NCBI GenBank assembly: GCA_013043685.1
Contig: JABDNT010000081.1
Span: forward strand, 42,800-106,799
Direction: 5' to 3'
DNA length: 64,000 bases
Source of the DNA: Flavobacteriaceae bacterium
GTDB taxonomy: Bacteria > Bacteroidota > Bacteroidia > Flavobacteriales > Flavobacteriaceae
The position numbers were made by a program, and so were the translations under genes. Position 1 is the stretch's first letter, and every line of letters begins with the position of its first letter. Under the pieces are notes generated by a model. It was not told where the DNA came from. It saw only the letters and a list, made by a program, of their open reading frames with translations, and ran no database searches. This document shows positions 1 to 8,787 of the stretch, piece after piece.

Positions 1-816
1 TATAATTTCAAGTTCCGAGAGAAGATGATTACCCTCTTCATCCCACACAATATCTGCCCGGCCATAAGCAGGTAAAATATCACAGGCGTTGAATACAGAT
101 TCTGCAAATGCAATTTCTTCAGGGGTAGGTTCATATGGATGGATCGTACCACCGAAGTCATCCTGCACCCTGAAGTCGCCTATTTTCGCCCTTTTCAATA
201 TGGCATGCGTAAACTCGCCGTTAAAGACCATCAGTGACGCTTCACCGTTTATTGAAATAGTTGAGAGATACTCCTGAACCAGCATGTCTCTTTCCATAAC
301 TAATTTCCTGAACAATTCTTCGTTTGCTGCTAATTCAGAAGCCATGATCTTGTACGTATGAAAAGCAGCGCCTGAAATAGCCGGTTTAATAACGACATGT
401 TTCCAGGAATTGATATCACATACTTCCGCTAATGTCTGATATGAACCTTTGTCAACATAATGCGTTGGTACGATCACAATTCCTTTTTCAGAAAGATCCC
501 TCAGGTAGTGTTTATCGATATTCCATTGAACAAGAGAGAATGGATTGATAAGCAAAGTCTGTGCACGTACTTTTTCGAGCCAGATCTGGAATTCATCAAT
601 TCGCTCAAAATAATCCCATACGGTTCTGAAAAGGATTGCTTTAGTCTGGGTCCAGTCGTAATCTGAATTATCCCAGTATGTCCTGGTTACGCTATATCCG
701 AGCTCTTCCATGGCAACTTTCAGATAGCGATATTCGTCGAGAATATTCTGAATATAAGGAGTGATTTTTTCAGGTTTGTAATATCTGTAATCGGTAAGCA
801 CGGTTATATCGACCAT
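1..816 (-). CDS. ATP-grasp domain protein (RimK/glutathione-synthetase-like); 3' end lies outside the window
   Basis: Absent from the ORF track because it runs off the window edge. My reverse translation from the ATG (complement of 814-816) is open to position 1: MVDITVLTDYRYYKPEK...IKPAISGAAFHTYK...GDFRVQDDFGGTIHPYEP...GRADIVWDEEGNHLLSELEII. The DFR..D.GG motif is typical of ATP-grasp enzymes. Confidence 0.65.
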   Translation of the reverse strand, partial: MVDITVLTDYRYYKPEKITPYIQNILDEYRYLKVAMEELGYSVTRTYWDNSDYDWTQTKAILFRTVWDYFERIDEFQIWLEKVRAQTLLINPFSLVQWNIDKHYLRDLSEKGIVIVPTHYVDKGSYQTLAEVCDINSWKHVVIKPAISGAAFHTYKIMASELAANEELFRKLVMERDMLVQEYLSTISINGEASLMVFNGEFTHAILKRAKIGDFRVQDDFGGTIHPYEPTPEEIAFAESVFNACDILPAYGRADIVWDEEGNHLLSELEII

Positions 817-874
817 CAATCAAAATAAATTAGTCGGAAAGTTAATGGCTTTGGCGTGAAGTGACAATCAAAAT

Positions 875-1273
875 TCAACTTTTTAAGTCCTTAAGCTTAA
901 TTTCTTTATAGGCCTTCCATAGTCCTCCCTTTTCTGAAGCGATCATATGGTGTATTACACACGGATGGGCCTCATCACAATTATCAAAATCAAGTGCGCA
1001 TCTCTTTAAACGATCTTTACCCTCAACTTCAATTATAATATCAAGTATGGAGTGATCGAGCTGATCTTCAGTAACGTAAAATCCGCCACCGCGACCTTTA
1101 GAGGAGGATATGTAGTCTTTTGCTGAAAGTCGTTGCAGAATTTTTGATAAAAATGGTTTGGGCAACTGTAAATCATTGGAAATATCCTTCACCAGAATTT
1201 TCTGATTTTCAGAAGAATTCACGACCAGATAGCTAATGGCCCTAACCGCATATTTTGAAGATTTCGTAAGCAT
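875..1273 (-). CDS. Rrf2 family transcriptional regulator (NsrR/IscR-like)
   Basis: N-terminal wHTH MLTKSSKYAVRAISYLV. C-terminal cysteines (CALDFDNCDEAHPC) could ligate an Fe-S cluster. Transcribed divergently from the nos operon. Confidence 0.85.
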   Translation of the reverse strand: MLTKSSKYAVRAISYLVVNSSENQKILVKDISNDLQLPKPFLSKILQRLSAKDYISSSKGRGGGFYVTEDQLDHSILDIIIEVEGKDRLKRCALDFDNCDEAHPCVIHHMIASEKGGLWKAYKEIKLKDLKS

Positions 1274-1310
1274 AGACTAATATCAGAATAGATGGACAAA
1301 TATATTAAAT

Positions 1311-1338
1311 TATAAAAAGATAAAAATATCTTTTTATA
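1311..1338. promoter_or_regulatory. Perfect 12-4-12 palindrome TATAAAAAGATA-AAAA-TATCTTTTTATA; candidate Rrf2 operator
   Basis: Arms are exact reverse complements. The site lies just upstream of a TATATTTG -7 box for the Rrf2 gene (complement of 1297-1304), in the divergent intergenic region. Confidence 0.45.
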
Positions 1339-1351
1339 TGATAATTGTCAT
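1338..1351. promoter_or_regulatory. Crp/Fnr-like dyad ATGAT-AATT-GTCAT (TGA-N6-TCA core)
   Basis: Dyad centre is 29.5 nt upstream of the first base of the nos -7 box. The 16-nt string TATGATAATTGTCATT recurs exactly at 52149-52164. Confidence 0.45.
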
Positions 1352-1373
1352 TTTTTAGCAGTGTTTCGGACGA

Positions 1374-1381
1374 TACTTTTG
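1374..1381 (+). promoter_or_regulatory. Bacteroidota-type -7 promoter box TACTTTTG (TAnnTTTG) for the nos operon
   Basis: Exact match to the TAnnTTTG consensus, 25 nt upstream of the cytochrome c start codon. Confidence 0.4.
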
Positions 1382-1405
1382 ACCTTATAATCAAATCAAA
1401 CTAAT

Positions 1406-1915
1406 ATGAAGCACATAATCAAACTATTGATGATTTTTGCCGCCGCAATTTTAATAAGCTGCGGAGGCAAAGAAGATAAAAAAGAGGATAGCATCAAACT
1501 TAGCGGTAAAAAAGAGATTAAAAAAGAACCTGCAAAGTCTGAGGCATCGTCGGACGAAGTGCCGGCCTCGGAACGAATCACCCTGGACAATAAGGGTGTT
1601 GGAGAGGTTAAAGACATGCCACTTGGCGATGAGATTGACCAGGAAATGGTGGCGCGAGGAGCAGAATTATTTAAGACCAACTGTACCGCCTGCCATAAAG
1701 TAGACAAAAGATTTATTGGTCCCTCACCGAAAGGGATCTTGAATCGCAGAAGTCCGGAATGGATCATGAACATGATTCTCGATCCTCAACTGATGGTGGA
1801 ACAGGATAGATGTGCAAAGGATCTCCTTATAGAATTTAACGGAGCAGCAATGGCTAATCAGAGTATCACCTTAGATGAAGCGAGAGATATACTTGAATAT
1901 TTTAGAACACTATAA
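1406..1915 (+). CDS. c-type cytochrome lipoprotein (likely electron donor to NosZ)
   Basis: Lipobox LISCGG and a single haem motif CTACH. First gene of the nos operon. Confidence 0.85.
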   Translation: MKHIIKLLMIFAAAILISCGGKEDKKEDSIKLSGKKEIKKEPAKSEASSDEVPASERITLDNKGVGEVKDMPLGDEIDQEMVARGAELFKTNCTACHKVDKRFIGPSPKGILNRRSPEWIMNMILDPQLMVEQDRCAKDLLIEFNGAAMANQSITLDEARDILEYFRTL

Positions 1916-1923
1916 ACAACATT

Positions 1924-2499
1924 ATGAAAACTAATAACCTTAAATTTTTACTCATTTCTTGTATAAGTATCTTATTCTTATTGGGATGTAAAAACGAAAA
2001 TAAACAAGATAACTCCACGGTAGGATCTGATACCACTTCAGAGAATAAAGAAGAAGGACAAGCCTTTATCGAAGATGATGAAGCAGTTCCTAATGTTCTT
2101 CAAATCGCAATTGGTTCACCAGATCATACCACGTTGGTAGCAGCTGTACAAGCCGCAGATCTGGAGAATGTCTTGGTAAATGCAGGACCTTTAATGGTCT
2201 TTGCTCCTACTAATGCGGCCTTCGATGCCCTTCCAGATGGTACAGTTGATAACCTTTTGAAACCCGAAAACAAAGGCGATTTAGCACTAATCCTGAAGCA
2301 TCATGTAACTCCGGGTAATTACTCGAAGGATTTTTTGAAAAAATTCAAAAAACTCGGACAAGCCAGTGATCTGAATACCACAGTCGAAGTTAAGGACGGT
2401 GAGGTCTACGTGGGAGGGGCCAAAATACTGGCAAGTATTCCTGCAGGAAATGGTATCGTGCACGTTGTTGACGCAGTTATCTTACCACCTGCTAACTAA
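1924..2499 (+). CDS. Fasciclin (FAS1) domain lipoprotein
   Basis: Lipobox LLGC. FAS1 signatures HTTLVAAVQAADL, GPLMVFAPTNAAFDALP and NGIVHVVDAVILP. Confidence 0.85.
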   Translation: MKTNNLKFLLISCISILFLLGCKNENKQDNSTVGSDTTSENKEEGQAFIEDDEAVPNVLQIAIGSPDHTTLVAAVQAADLENVLVNAGPLMVFAPTNAAFDALPDGTVDNLLKPENKGDLALILKHHVTPGNYSKDFLKKFKKLGQASDLNTTVEVKDGEVYVGGAKILASIPAGNGIVHVVDAVILPPAN

Positions 2500-2520
2500 T
2501 CATAATCTAAACAAATCAAA

Positions 2521-4482
2521 ATGAAGAAATCAAATTATTTTTTTGTTACTGTACTGGCTCTATCCTTAATTATGTCTGGATGCCAACAGGGCACAAATAA
2601 GTCGAGCAACGGAGCGCTGGCTTCCAGCGCGGCTGAAAAAGTGTACGTAGCTCCTGGAGAACAGGATGAGTTTTATGCATTTTTATCCGGTGGATATAGT
2701 GGAAACCTAACGGTTTATGGACTACCCTCCGGAAGAATGTTCAAGGAAATTCCGGTATTCTCCCAATTTCCGACCTCCGGTTATGGATATTCAGAAGAAA
2801 CCAAGCCGATGCTGAACACCTCTCACGGTTTTATTCCCTGGGATGACCTTCACCACCCTGATATTTCACAAACAAACGGTGAATTGGATGGTCGATGGAT
2901 CTTTGTGAACGGCAACAATACTCCTCGTATAGCGAGGATCAGCCTTGCAACTTTCGAAACTGAGGAAATCATTGAAATACCAAATAGTGCAGGTAACCAC
3001 AGTTCTGCTTTCATCACTGAAAACACAGAATATGTAATCGCAGGTACTCGATTTGCAGTTCCTGTTCCGCAAAGAGATATGCCAATCAACGAATATAAAG
3101 GGAATTTTAAAGGTGCCTTAAGCTTTATTAGTGTAGATCAGGAAAGCGGTCGTTTAGATCTAAAATTCCAGATTATGATGCCAGGTTTCAACTATGACCT
3201 TTCGCATCCGGGGCGCGGCGCATCTCACGGCTGGCATTTCTTCAGCACCTATAATACAGAAGAGGCCAATTCGCTGATGGAAGTCAATTCGTCACAAAAC
3301 GACAAAGACTTTATCGCAGCGATTAACTGGAAAAAGTTTGAGGAATATGTGAACAATGGCGGAGGCTCAAAAATGGCGACAAATTATGCACATAATGTAT
3401 ATGACGATCGCACACATACAGGAACCTCAACGATGGTGAAAGAGGTTGTCACCGTCGATCCAACACAAGTTCCAGGCGCAGTGTTCTTTTTGCCAACACC
3501 AAAATCTCCTCATGGCTGTGATGTAGATCCGTCAGGGGAATACATCATTGGTGCAGGAAAGCTGTCTGCCGATCTTACGATTCACTCCTTTACAAAAATG
3601 TTGGAGGCCATTGAAAACGAAAAGTTTGATGGAGAGGCCTATGGAATTCCTATTCTAAAATACGAGGATGTAATGGCAGGGGTAGTAAAAAGTGGTGGCC
3701 TCGGTCCATTGCACACGGAATTCGACGGTAAAGGCAATGCTTATACAACATTCTTTATTTCTTCAGAGGTTGTAAAATGGGAATTGGGAACCTGGGAAGT
3801 AATTGATAGAAAACCTACATATTACTCGGTCGGGCATTTGATGATCCCCGGTGGTAACTCTCGTAAGCCTTTTGGAAAATATGTTGTAGCCATGAATAAA
3901 ATCACAAAAGACCGCTACTTGCCAACCGGTCCTGAAATGGAGCACTCGGCTCAGATATATGATATCTCTGGTGAGAAAATGCAATTGCTCTATGATTTCC
4001 CAACACATGGGGAACCTCACTATGCAGCGGGTTGCCCTGCTGAACTGTTGGCTTCCAAATCACAAAAGATCTATAGACTGGATGAGAACGAGCACCCTTA
4101 TGCTGTAGCCAATCCATCTGAAGCAAGGGTAGAACGCGATGGAAACGAAGTACATATTTACATGAGTACGATACGTAGTCACTTTACCCCAGACAATATC
4201 GAAGGTGTAAAGGTAGGTGACAAAGTGTACTTCCATATTACGAATCATGAGCAAGATTTTGATGTACCTCACGGATTTTCAATTATTGGTCAAAATACTT
4301 CAGAACTGTTGATTATGCCAGGGCAAACCAAATCCTCGCTCTGGGAGCCTAAACAGGTTGGCGTGTGGCCATTCTATTGTACCGATTTCTGCTCCGCTCT
4401 GCACCAGGAAATGCAAGGATATGTGAGAGTTTCTCCTGCATCTTCTAATATTGAATTATCCTGGTCGCTCGGTGAAGATTAG
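2521..4482 (+). CDS. nosZ: Nitrous-oxide reductase, Sec-dependent (clade II)
   Basis: 653 aa. CuA site at the C-terminus (HGFSI...WPFYCTDFCSALHQEMQGYVRV). N-terminus MKKSNYFFVTVLALSLIMSGC has no twin-arginine motif. Confidence 0.97.
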   Translation: MKKSNYFFVTVLALSLIMSGCQQGTNKSSNGALASSAAEKVYVAPGEQDEFYAFLSGGYSGNLTVYGLPSGRMFKEIPVFSQFPTSGYGYSEETKPMLNTSHGFIPWDDLHHPDISQTNGELDGRWIFVNGNNTPRIARISLATFETEEIIEIPNSAGNHSSAFITENTEYVIAGTRFAVPVPQRDMPINEYKGNFKGALSFISVDQESGRLDLKFQIMMPGFNYDLSHPGRGASHGWHFFSTYNTEEANSLMEVNSSQNDKDFIAAINWKKFEEYVNNGGGSKMATNYAHNVYDDRTHTGTSTMVKEVVTVDPTQVPGAVFFLPTPKSPHGCDVDPSGEYIIGAGKLSADLTIHSFTKMLEAIENEKFDGEAYGIPILKYEDVMAGVVKSGGLGPLHTEFDGKGNAYTTFFISSEVVKWELGTWEVIDRKPTYYSVGHLMIPGGNSRKPFGKYVVAMNKITKDRYLPTGPEMEHSAQIYDISGEKMQLLYDFPTHGEPHYAAGCPAELLASKSQKIYRLDENEHPYAVANPSEARVERDGNEVHIYMSTIRSHFTPDNIEGVKVGDKVYFHITNHEQDFDVPHGFSIIGQNTSELLIMPGQTKSSLWEPKQVGVWPFYCTDFCSALHQEMQGYVRVSPASSNIELSWSLGED

Positions 4483-4533
4483 TTTGATTTTGAATTGGAA
4501 ATACTTATTGATTAGTGATTAATAATATTTCCT

Positions 4534-4563
4534 GAAGGCGGAAGTGAATCGACTTCCGCCTTC
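4534..4563 (+). promoter_or_regulatory. 12-bp perfect stem-loop GAAGGCGGAAGT-gaatcg-ACTTCCGCCTTC after nosZ, without a U-tract
   Basis: Arms are exact reverse complements. No T-run follows on either strand. Confidence 0.5.
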
Positions 4564-4621
4564 TCACTAAAAAATTGCTGTCACGGAGCTTTAATATGCT
4601 CATATCCATAATTAAATTTCA

Positions 4622-5269
4622 ATGAAAAAAGCTAGTATTATTATGATGGTTGGTCCCCTGTTCTTGATGGGGTTGTATGTATTTCCATTATGGACCATTA
4701 TGCTCGGAGCCCCCCAGTATCCAGATCCACTGGGCATGAACATTCATATCGATGGCATACAGGGAGTCAATGAGTTCGATATCCAGAATATCGACGGGCT
4801 AAATCACTACATAGGAATGAAGACTCTACCCAAACCTGAAGAAATGTGGGAGTTTAGTACGTTCCCTTTAGTTATAGGGATCATGATTGGGCTAGGGGTA
4901 TTGATTGGGCTACTGGGGTTCTTTAAAAAAGTAAATTATAAATGGTTTATTGGTTGGTTCATCTTTATGTCAATACTTGGAGTTTTGGGGATGTATGATT
5001 TCAATGCCTGGATGGTAGACTACGGCACAAATTTAGATCCAAACGCCATAATGAAACTTGCAAATCCGGACGGAACACCTATGACTTACAAACCACCATT
5101 ATTCGGGCATACTAAAATGCTGAATTTCGATGTTACCTCTTTACCTGCTACAGGGGCATGGTTGATGTTCACTGGAATGTTACTAACCATAGTTGCCTCC
5201 GTGGTTGGATGGAGAAATCGAAAGGCACCACATGTCAAAAACCCCGTGAAATCGCAACATCATGAATAA
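4622..5269 (+). CDS. Polytopic membrane protein in the position occupied by NosB in clade II nos clusters
   Basis: Several hydrophobic helices. Lies immediately downstream of nosZ and overlaps the nosL start by 8 nt. The family assignment rests on position only. Confidence 0.6.
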   Translation: MKKASIIMMVGPLFLMGLYVFPLWTIMLGAPQYPDPLGMNIHIDGIQGVNEFDIQNIDGLNHYIGMKTLPKPEEMWEFSTFPLVIGIMIGLGVLIGLLGFFKKVNYKWFIGWFIFMSILGVLGMYDFNAWMVDYGTNLDPNAIMKLANPDGTPMTYKPPLFGHTKMLNFDVTSLPATGAWLMFTGMLLTIVASVVGWRNRKAPHVKNPVKSQHHE

Positions 5270-5693
5270 GTTCTTACTTATCCCATTAGTCGCTACGCTC
5301 CTGTGTTGCGCGATCGGACCTTCGAAAATTGCATACGGAGAACAAGCCTGCCATTTCTGCCGGATGACCATCGTTGATAAACAGCATGCTGCACAATTGA
5401 TAACCGACAAGGGCAAAGTATTCAATTTCGATGCTTCAGAATGTATGATCAACTATATCACCGGAATTGATCGAGAGAACATTGGCTTGTTGTTAGTTAC
5501 AGACTATAATAACCCGGAGTCCCTCATCGAAGTTGAAACAGCGACTTTTATAATTTCTGAAGATATGCCCAGCCCAATGGGTGCTAATCTTTCCGCTATT
5601 GGCACACTGGCCGAAGCCCAGCAGTTGATTCAGGATAAACAAGGCAAACTTTACAACTGGAATGAATTACTACAATATTTTAAAAATCTCTGA
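5262..5693 (+). CDS. nosL: Copper chaperone lipoprotein NosL
   Basis: Motif ACHFCRMTIVDKQHAAQLITDKGKVFNFDASECM and SPMG, typical of NosL. Lies within the nos operon. Confidence 0.85.
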   Translation: MNKFLLIPLVATLLCCAIGPSKIAYGEQACHFCRMTIVDKQHAAQLITDKGKVFNFDASECMINYITGIDRENIGLLLVTDYNNPESLIEVETATFIISEDMPSPMGANLSAIGTLAEAQQLIQDKQGKLYNWNELLQYFKNL

Positions 5694-5694
5694 T

Positions 5695-5988
5695 ATGTTC
5701 AGCATTGAAAAACAAATCAAAGAAACTTCCTTTGAAGGACTATCCGTTCAGAAAATATTCAAAAACGAGAACGCAGAAACACTTCTGATCACTTTGGAAA
5801 AGAACTATGAGTTTCCCGAGCATAGCTCCCCGCGGGATGCTTTTTTGGTGATGCTTGAAGGAAGTGTAATTTTTACAATTCAGAACACAGATTATGCATT
5901 AAATTGCTCAGATTCTTTTACCTTTCCTGCTGAAGAACCACATAAAGTTTACGCTAAAGAAAATTCGAAATTTTTAATCATCAGATAA
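5695..5988 (+). CDS. Cupin domain protein
   Basis: ORF 5662..5988 trimmed to the in-frame ATG at 5695, 2 nt after the nosL stop. Small beta-barrel pattern: FPEHSSPRDAFLVMLEGSV...PAEEPHKV. Confidence 0.6.
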   Translation: MFSIEKQIKETSFEGLSVQKIFKNENAETLLITLEKNYEFPEHSSPRDAFLVMLEGSVIFTIQNTDYALNCSDSFTFPAEEPHKVYAKENSKFLIIR

Positions 5989-6004
5989 CCGATCCAACAT
6001 CACA

Positions 6005-7255
6005 TTGAAGTTTTTTCGATACATAACAATAATAATAGTGTTGTTGGCGGGTAAATCTGTGCCTGCAAAAACCATTGAAGTATGCAAAAAATGCACTTAC
6101 AGTGAAATCGGCAAGGCAGTAGAGGCGGCTAATGATTACGATACCGTTTTGGTGAGAAAAGGAACCTATAAGGAAGTCAATATATTAATAGACAAACCCC
6201 TTGTACTAAAAGGAGAAAACTACCCGGTTATCGATGGCGAACTTAAAGGGGAGATCATCACCATTACTTCCGATGATGTTACGGTGGACGGACTATTCAT
6301 TATCAATGTTGGCACGAGTTATACTGTTGATTATGCCGCAGTACGGGTTATTAAAAGTAAGAACTTCCTTATACAGAATTTGGTCCTGGAAAAACTCTTC
6401 TTCGGAATTTACCTTGAAAAGTCTGAAAATGGCCGTGTGTACCATAACAACATAATAGGCGATGCTGAAGAGGAATACAACTCGGGCAACGGGATTCAGC
6501 TATGGTACAGTAAAAATATTGAAATAGAGCAAAATATTATCTCTCATGTTCGCGATGGTATATATCTGGAATTCGCAGACGATTGTATCATAAAGAACAA
6601 TATCAGTTCCAACAACGTGCGTTACGGCCTCCATTTCATGTTTTCCAACAACGACATATATTCCAACAATACCTTCGAAAATAATGGAGCCGGTGTTGCG
6701 GTGATGTTTTCTAAAGAGATTAAGATGTACAACAATGTATTCAGGGATAATTGGGGATCGGCGGCATATGGGATGTTACTGAAGGAAATAAATGATTCGG
6801 AGATCATGGGTAATACTTTCCAGGAAAATACTGTAGGAATTAATATTGAAGGGTCCAATCGTATTACTTATTCCAATAACGACTTTATACGCAATGGTTG
6901 GGCTATTAAATCGAGAGGGGCTTGTTATGCCAACCTTTTTACTGAAAATAATTTCCTTTACAACTCCTTCGATCTTTCCTATAACAGCAAATTAAACGAC
7001 AATAAGTTCGAGAAAAATTACTGGAGTAATTACGCAGGTTATGACCTCGACAAGGATGGAATAGGAGATGTTCCGTATCGTCCCGTAAAGTTATTCTCTT
7101 ACGTGGTGAACAGAACTCCGGAAGCCATTATTTTACTACGAAGTCTTTTTACCGATATTATTGATTTTTCTGAAAAGGTGTCTCCGGTTTTTACGCCTGA
7201 TAACCTTCTAGATATCCAACCGAAAATGAAACAAATCGTCCATGATCGAAATTAG
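6005..7255 (+). CDS. nosD: Nitrous-oxide reductase maturation protein NosD (periplasmic parallel beta-helix)
   Basis: TTG start. Repeated NN.I..N..G beta-helix repeats. Located between nosL and nosF. Confidence 0.9.
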   Translation: MKFFRYITIIIVLLAGKSVPAKTIEVCKKCTYSEIGKAVEAANDYDTVLVRKGTYKEVNILIDKPLVLKGENYPVIDGELKGEIITITSDDVTVDGLFIINVGTSYTVDYAAVRVIKSKNFLIQNLVLEKLFFGIYLEKSENGRVYHNNIIGDAEEEYNSGNGIQLWYSKNIEIEQNIISHVRDGIYLEFADDCIIKNNISSNNVRYGLHFMFSNNDIYSNNTFENNGAGVAVMFSKEIKMYNNVFRDNWGSAAYGMLLKEINDSEIMGNTFQENTVGINIEGSNRITYSNNDFIRNGWAIKSRGACYANLFTENNFLYNSFDLSYNSKLNDNKFEKNYWSNYAGYDLDKDGIGDVPYRPVKLFSYVVNRTPEAIILLRSLFTDIIDFSEKVSPVFTPDNLLDIQPKMKQIVHDRN

Positions 7256-7952
7256 GGGACTTTATAAGAAGTACGGCAAGAACGAGGTGCTGAAAGGTGT
7301 AGATCTCGCGATCGAGGAAAAGAAGATCGTGGCGGTATTGGGGCCCAATGGTTCTGGGAAGACCACCTTTATAAAAAGTATACTGGGCATGGTCTTGCCC
7401 AGCAAGGGGGATATTATAATGGAAGGAAAGTCCATTAAAAAAGAATGGAAATACCGCAATAACATAGATTATTTGCCTCAGATCGCCAATTTTCCGAATA
7501 ACCTTACGGTGAAAGAACTCATCAATATGATCAAGGATCTTCGACAAAAAAAATCTGCAGATGACGGTGCACTGGTGGAACTCTTTAAGCTTGAGCCATT
7601 TTTGAACAAGAAGCTGGGAAATCTTTCCGGTGGGACGAAGCAAAAAGTGAATATCCTACTCACTTTTATGTTCGACAGCCCCATCATAATCCTCGATGAG
7701 CCAACATCCGGTCTCGATCCTATTTCACTGATTCGCCTGAAAGAACTAATAGATACCGAAAAAAAGAAAGGGAAGACCATTATCATTACTTCCCATATCA
7801 TGAATTTTGTAGAAGAAGTAGCCGATGAAATTGTTTTTCTACTGGAAGGTAAGATCTATTTCAAAGGAAGTATTTCAGAATTAAAGGAGAAAACGAACCA
7901 ACCCGATTTCGAACACGCGATCGCATCCATCTTAACGCAATCCTATGCTTAA
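7242..7952 (+). CDS. nosF: ABC transporter ATP-binding protein NosF
   Basis: Walker A GPNGSGKTT, signature LSGGTKQK, Walker B IIILDEPTSGLD. Overlaps nosD by 14 nt. Confidence 0.9.
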   Translation: MIEIRGLYKKYGKNEVLKGVDLAIEEKKIVAVLGPNGSGKTTFIKSILGMVLPSKGDIIMEGKSIKKEWKYRNNIDYLPQIANFPNNLTVKELINMIKDLRQKKSADDGALVELFKLEPFLNKKLGNLSGGTKQKVNILLTFMFDSPIIILDEPTSGLDPISLIRLKELIDTEKKKGKTIIITSHIMNFVEEVADEIVFLLEGKIYFKGSISELKEKTNQPDFEHAIASILTQSYA

Positions 7953-8727
7953 AATACTGAAATACAGCTTTTACGATCTTATGCGAAGCCGCTGGAGCTA
8001 TGTTTATTTCGTATTTTATTTAGTCCTTGGATTTGTACTGCTATTTCTTAATAACAACGTATCGAAAGCCGTGATCACCCTAATGAATGTGATCATTATC
8101 CTGGTGCCCCTTATCGGGACCATTTTTGGCGTGATGTATTACTATAATTCAAAAGAATTTACGGGGCTACTTTTGGCGCAACCCATAAAACGTTCCTTGA
8201 TTTTCCTGGGACAATACCTGGGTGTAGCACTTTCTTTATCCATGAGCCTGATCATCGGGTTGGGTATTCCGTTTATTCTCTACGGAATATTCCGTTCGGA
8301 TGCCATCTGGGATTTCTCCTTGCTTTTGATCACCGGAACCTTCCTCACCCTTATATTCACAGCATTGTCTTTCAATATTGCGCTCAGCAACGAGAACAGG
8401 ATCAAGGGATTCGGCTACGCTATTTTACTATGGTTGTTTATGGCCGTGATCTACGACGGTATCTTCCTGATGTCCCTGATGATCTTCGAGGACTATCCTT
8501 TGGATACATTCTCACTAACTGCTACGATGTTCAATCCCATAGATCTTTCCCGGGTATTAATATTACTCAAACTGGATATTTCAGCATTGATGGGCTATAC
8601 CGGGGCCTTGTTTCAGAAATTCTTTGGAACCAATTTTGGAATGTTCCTGTCTATTGGCATACTCATTCTCTGGGTTGTGATCCCCGCCTGGTTTATTGAG
8701 CGAAAAGCTAACCGTAAAGATTTTTAG
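7945..8727 (+). CDS. nosY: ABC-2 type permease NosY
   Basis: Polytopic membrane protein overlapping nosF by 8 nt. Canonical nosDFY order. Confidence 0.85.
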   Translation: MLKILKYSFYDLMRSRWSYVYFVFYLVLGFVLLFLNNNVSKAVITLMNVIIILVPLIGTIFGVMYYYNSKEFTGLLLAQPIKRSLIFLGQYLGVALSLSMSLIIGLGIPFILYGIFRSDAIWDFSLLLITGTFLTLIFTALSFNIALSNENRIKGFGYAILLWLFMAVIYDGIFLMSLMIFEDYPLDTFSLTATMFNPIDLSRVLILLKLDISALMGYTGALFQKFFGTNFGMFLSIGILILWVVIPAWFIERKANRKDF

Positions 8728-8787
8728 TTAGTGGATTCTTCGATTTGTTGATTTGATTATGTATATATTTAAATCAAATTTGAGATT

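Noticed and set aside
1396-1773. 125-aa minus-strand ORF overlapping the cytochrome c gene
   Set aside because: It is antisense to a gene with a clear lipobox and CXXCH motif. Its own sequence is low-complexity (S/L-rich) with no motif.
2850-4272. Five short minus-strand ORFs inside nosZ (2850-3089, 2866-3072, 3763-4020, 3902-4126, 4060-4272)
   Set aside because: All are antisense shadows of an unambiguous 653-aa NosZ reading frame.
7191-7801. Minus-strand ORFs (150, 67 and 107 aa) across nosD/nosF
   Set aside because: They are antisense to nosF, which carries canonical Walker A, signature and Walker B motifs.
8740-8775. AT-rich inverted repeat ATTTGATT-N13-AATCAAAT after nosY as an Fnr-type (TTGAT-N4-ATCAA) site
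   Set aside because: The spacing does not fit Fnr/Crp sites and the arms are AT-only. It may be a weak terminator, and it is not distinguishable from background.
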